DNA from: Flavobacteriales bacterium
GTDB lineage: Bacteria > Bacteroidota > Bacteroidia > Flavobacteriales_D > Sanyastnellaceae
NCBI GenBank assembly: GCA_044239235.1
Contig: JBIIBU010000001.1
Location: 1 to 35,769, forward strand
Length of the DNA: 35,769 nt
Reading direction: 5' to 3'
Below the pieces are notes generated by a model. That model ran no database searches. It was given only the letters and a program-made list of their open reading frames with translations, and was not told the origin of the DNA. Shown here one piece after another: positions 35,170 through 35,769 of the stretch. Within the stretch, counting starts at the first letter, position 1, and each line of letters begins with the position of its first letter. A program made the position numbers and the translations under genes.

Positions 35170-35763
35170 ATGAAATCATTGGAAGAATTTTTTCTGAGAG
35201 CATATCCAGTAGTGGTAAACAAACTCACTTTTGAGCTTAATCCTACGTTTACCTATCACAATGTTCATCACACTTTGGATGTTATCAATACGGCTGAAAA
35301 GCTTGCCCTGTCTCACAATTTAGGCACTACTGAGATTCTAATACTCAAGATTGCCGCACTTTTTCATGACACAGGTTATCTTCATGTAAGAAAGGGGCAC
35401 GAGGAGAAAAGTTCTGAAATATTCCTCGAATACGCTCTCAACTCCTCACTAGACGGCGACATCAAAGAGCAAATAATTGGGTGTATTATGGCTACCAAAA
35501 TGCCTCAGGAGCCCAATTCTTTATTAGAACAAATACTTTGTGATGCTGATCTTGACTATTTAGGTAGAGATGATTTCGACGAAATAGAACAACAGCTTTA
35601 CTCCGAATTGTGCAGCGCAGGAGAAATGTCAGACAGATTGACCTGGGATAAAATCCAAGTTACCTTCTTACAAAATCACCGTTTCCACACTGATTATTCT
35701 ATTCAATTGCGCTCTAAGAAACTCTTGGAAAATCTGTCAACAGTTAGGAATCGAATCATCTAA
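35170..35763 (+). CDS. HD-domain phosphohydrolase-like protein
   Basis: 197 aa with H...HD metal-binding residues (YHNVHHTLDV, ALFHDTGY) and a downstream D (LCDADLDYLG). Confidence 0.82.
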   Translation: MKSLEEFFLRAYPVVVNKLTFELNPTFTYHNVHHTLDVINTAEKLALSHNLGTTEILILKIAALFHDTGYLHVRKGHEEKSSEIFLEYALNSSLDGDIKEQIIGCIMATKMPQEPNSLLEQILCDADLDYLGRDDFDEIEQQLYSELCSAGEMSDRLTWDKIQVTFLQNHRFHTDYSIQLRSKKLLENLSTVRNRII

Positions 35764-35769
35764 GAGGCT

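Overview
The window looks like a chromosomal segment from a Bacteroidota (Flavobacteriia-like) genome. This is inferred from three T9SS C-terminal sorting domains, a GLPGLI-family gene, a GxxExxY gene, TAnnTTTG-type -7 boxes and about 40% GC judged by eye. Coding density is high, with 27 supported CDS and no rRNA, tRNA, CRISPR, transposase or integrase. Housekeeping genes are a PGI/PMI-family isomerase cotranscribed with lipB, pepA-pdxA-rlmH, rnr, and miaE cotranscribed with a GNAT acetyltransferase gene. Secreted and outer-membrane genes are an M43 protease, a GH13 amylase, a small Cys-rich T9SS cargo, and a GLPGLI gene paired with a beta-barrel OMP gene. Signalling genes are an orphan membrane histidine kinase and a soluble FIST / PAS-kinase / receiver operon. 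There is also a translationally coupled ChlI-like AAA+ / vWA pair with no obvious client. A cysteine-type NAD-linked formate dehydrogenase lies next to a MarR / 4-TM membrane protein unit and phnA. The least ordinary signal is non-coding. At least six intergenic regions are filled with mosaics of degenerate 7-, 8-, 10- and 16-nt tandem 'word' repeats (NNNYGAC, CCCACGAA/TTCGTGGG, GGTAGTTT, GGGTGCA, CACAGAG), and the same words recur in both orientations. Two of these blocks form a composite inverted-repeat bracket (27705-27738 vs 34263-34289, and 27818-27833 vs 34191-34206) around the 6.5 kb FDH/MarR/PhnA segment. The GxxExxY gene looks like a cassette flanked by inverted words. Four gene pairs overlap by ATGA and one by TGATG, which suggests translational coupling. 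All functional calls rest on motif recognition in the supplied translations, because no database search was possible.
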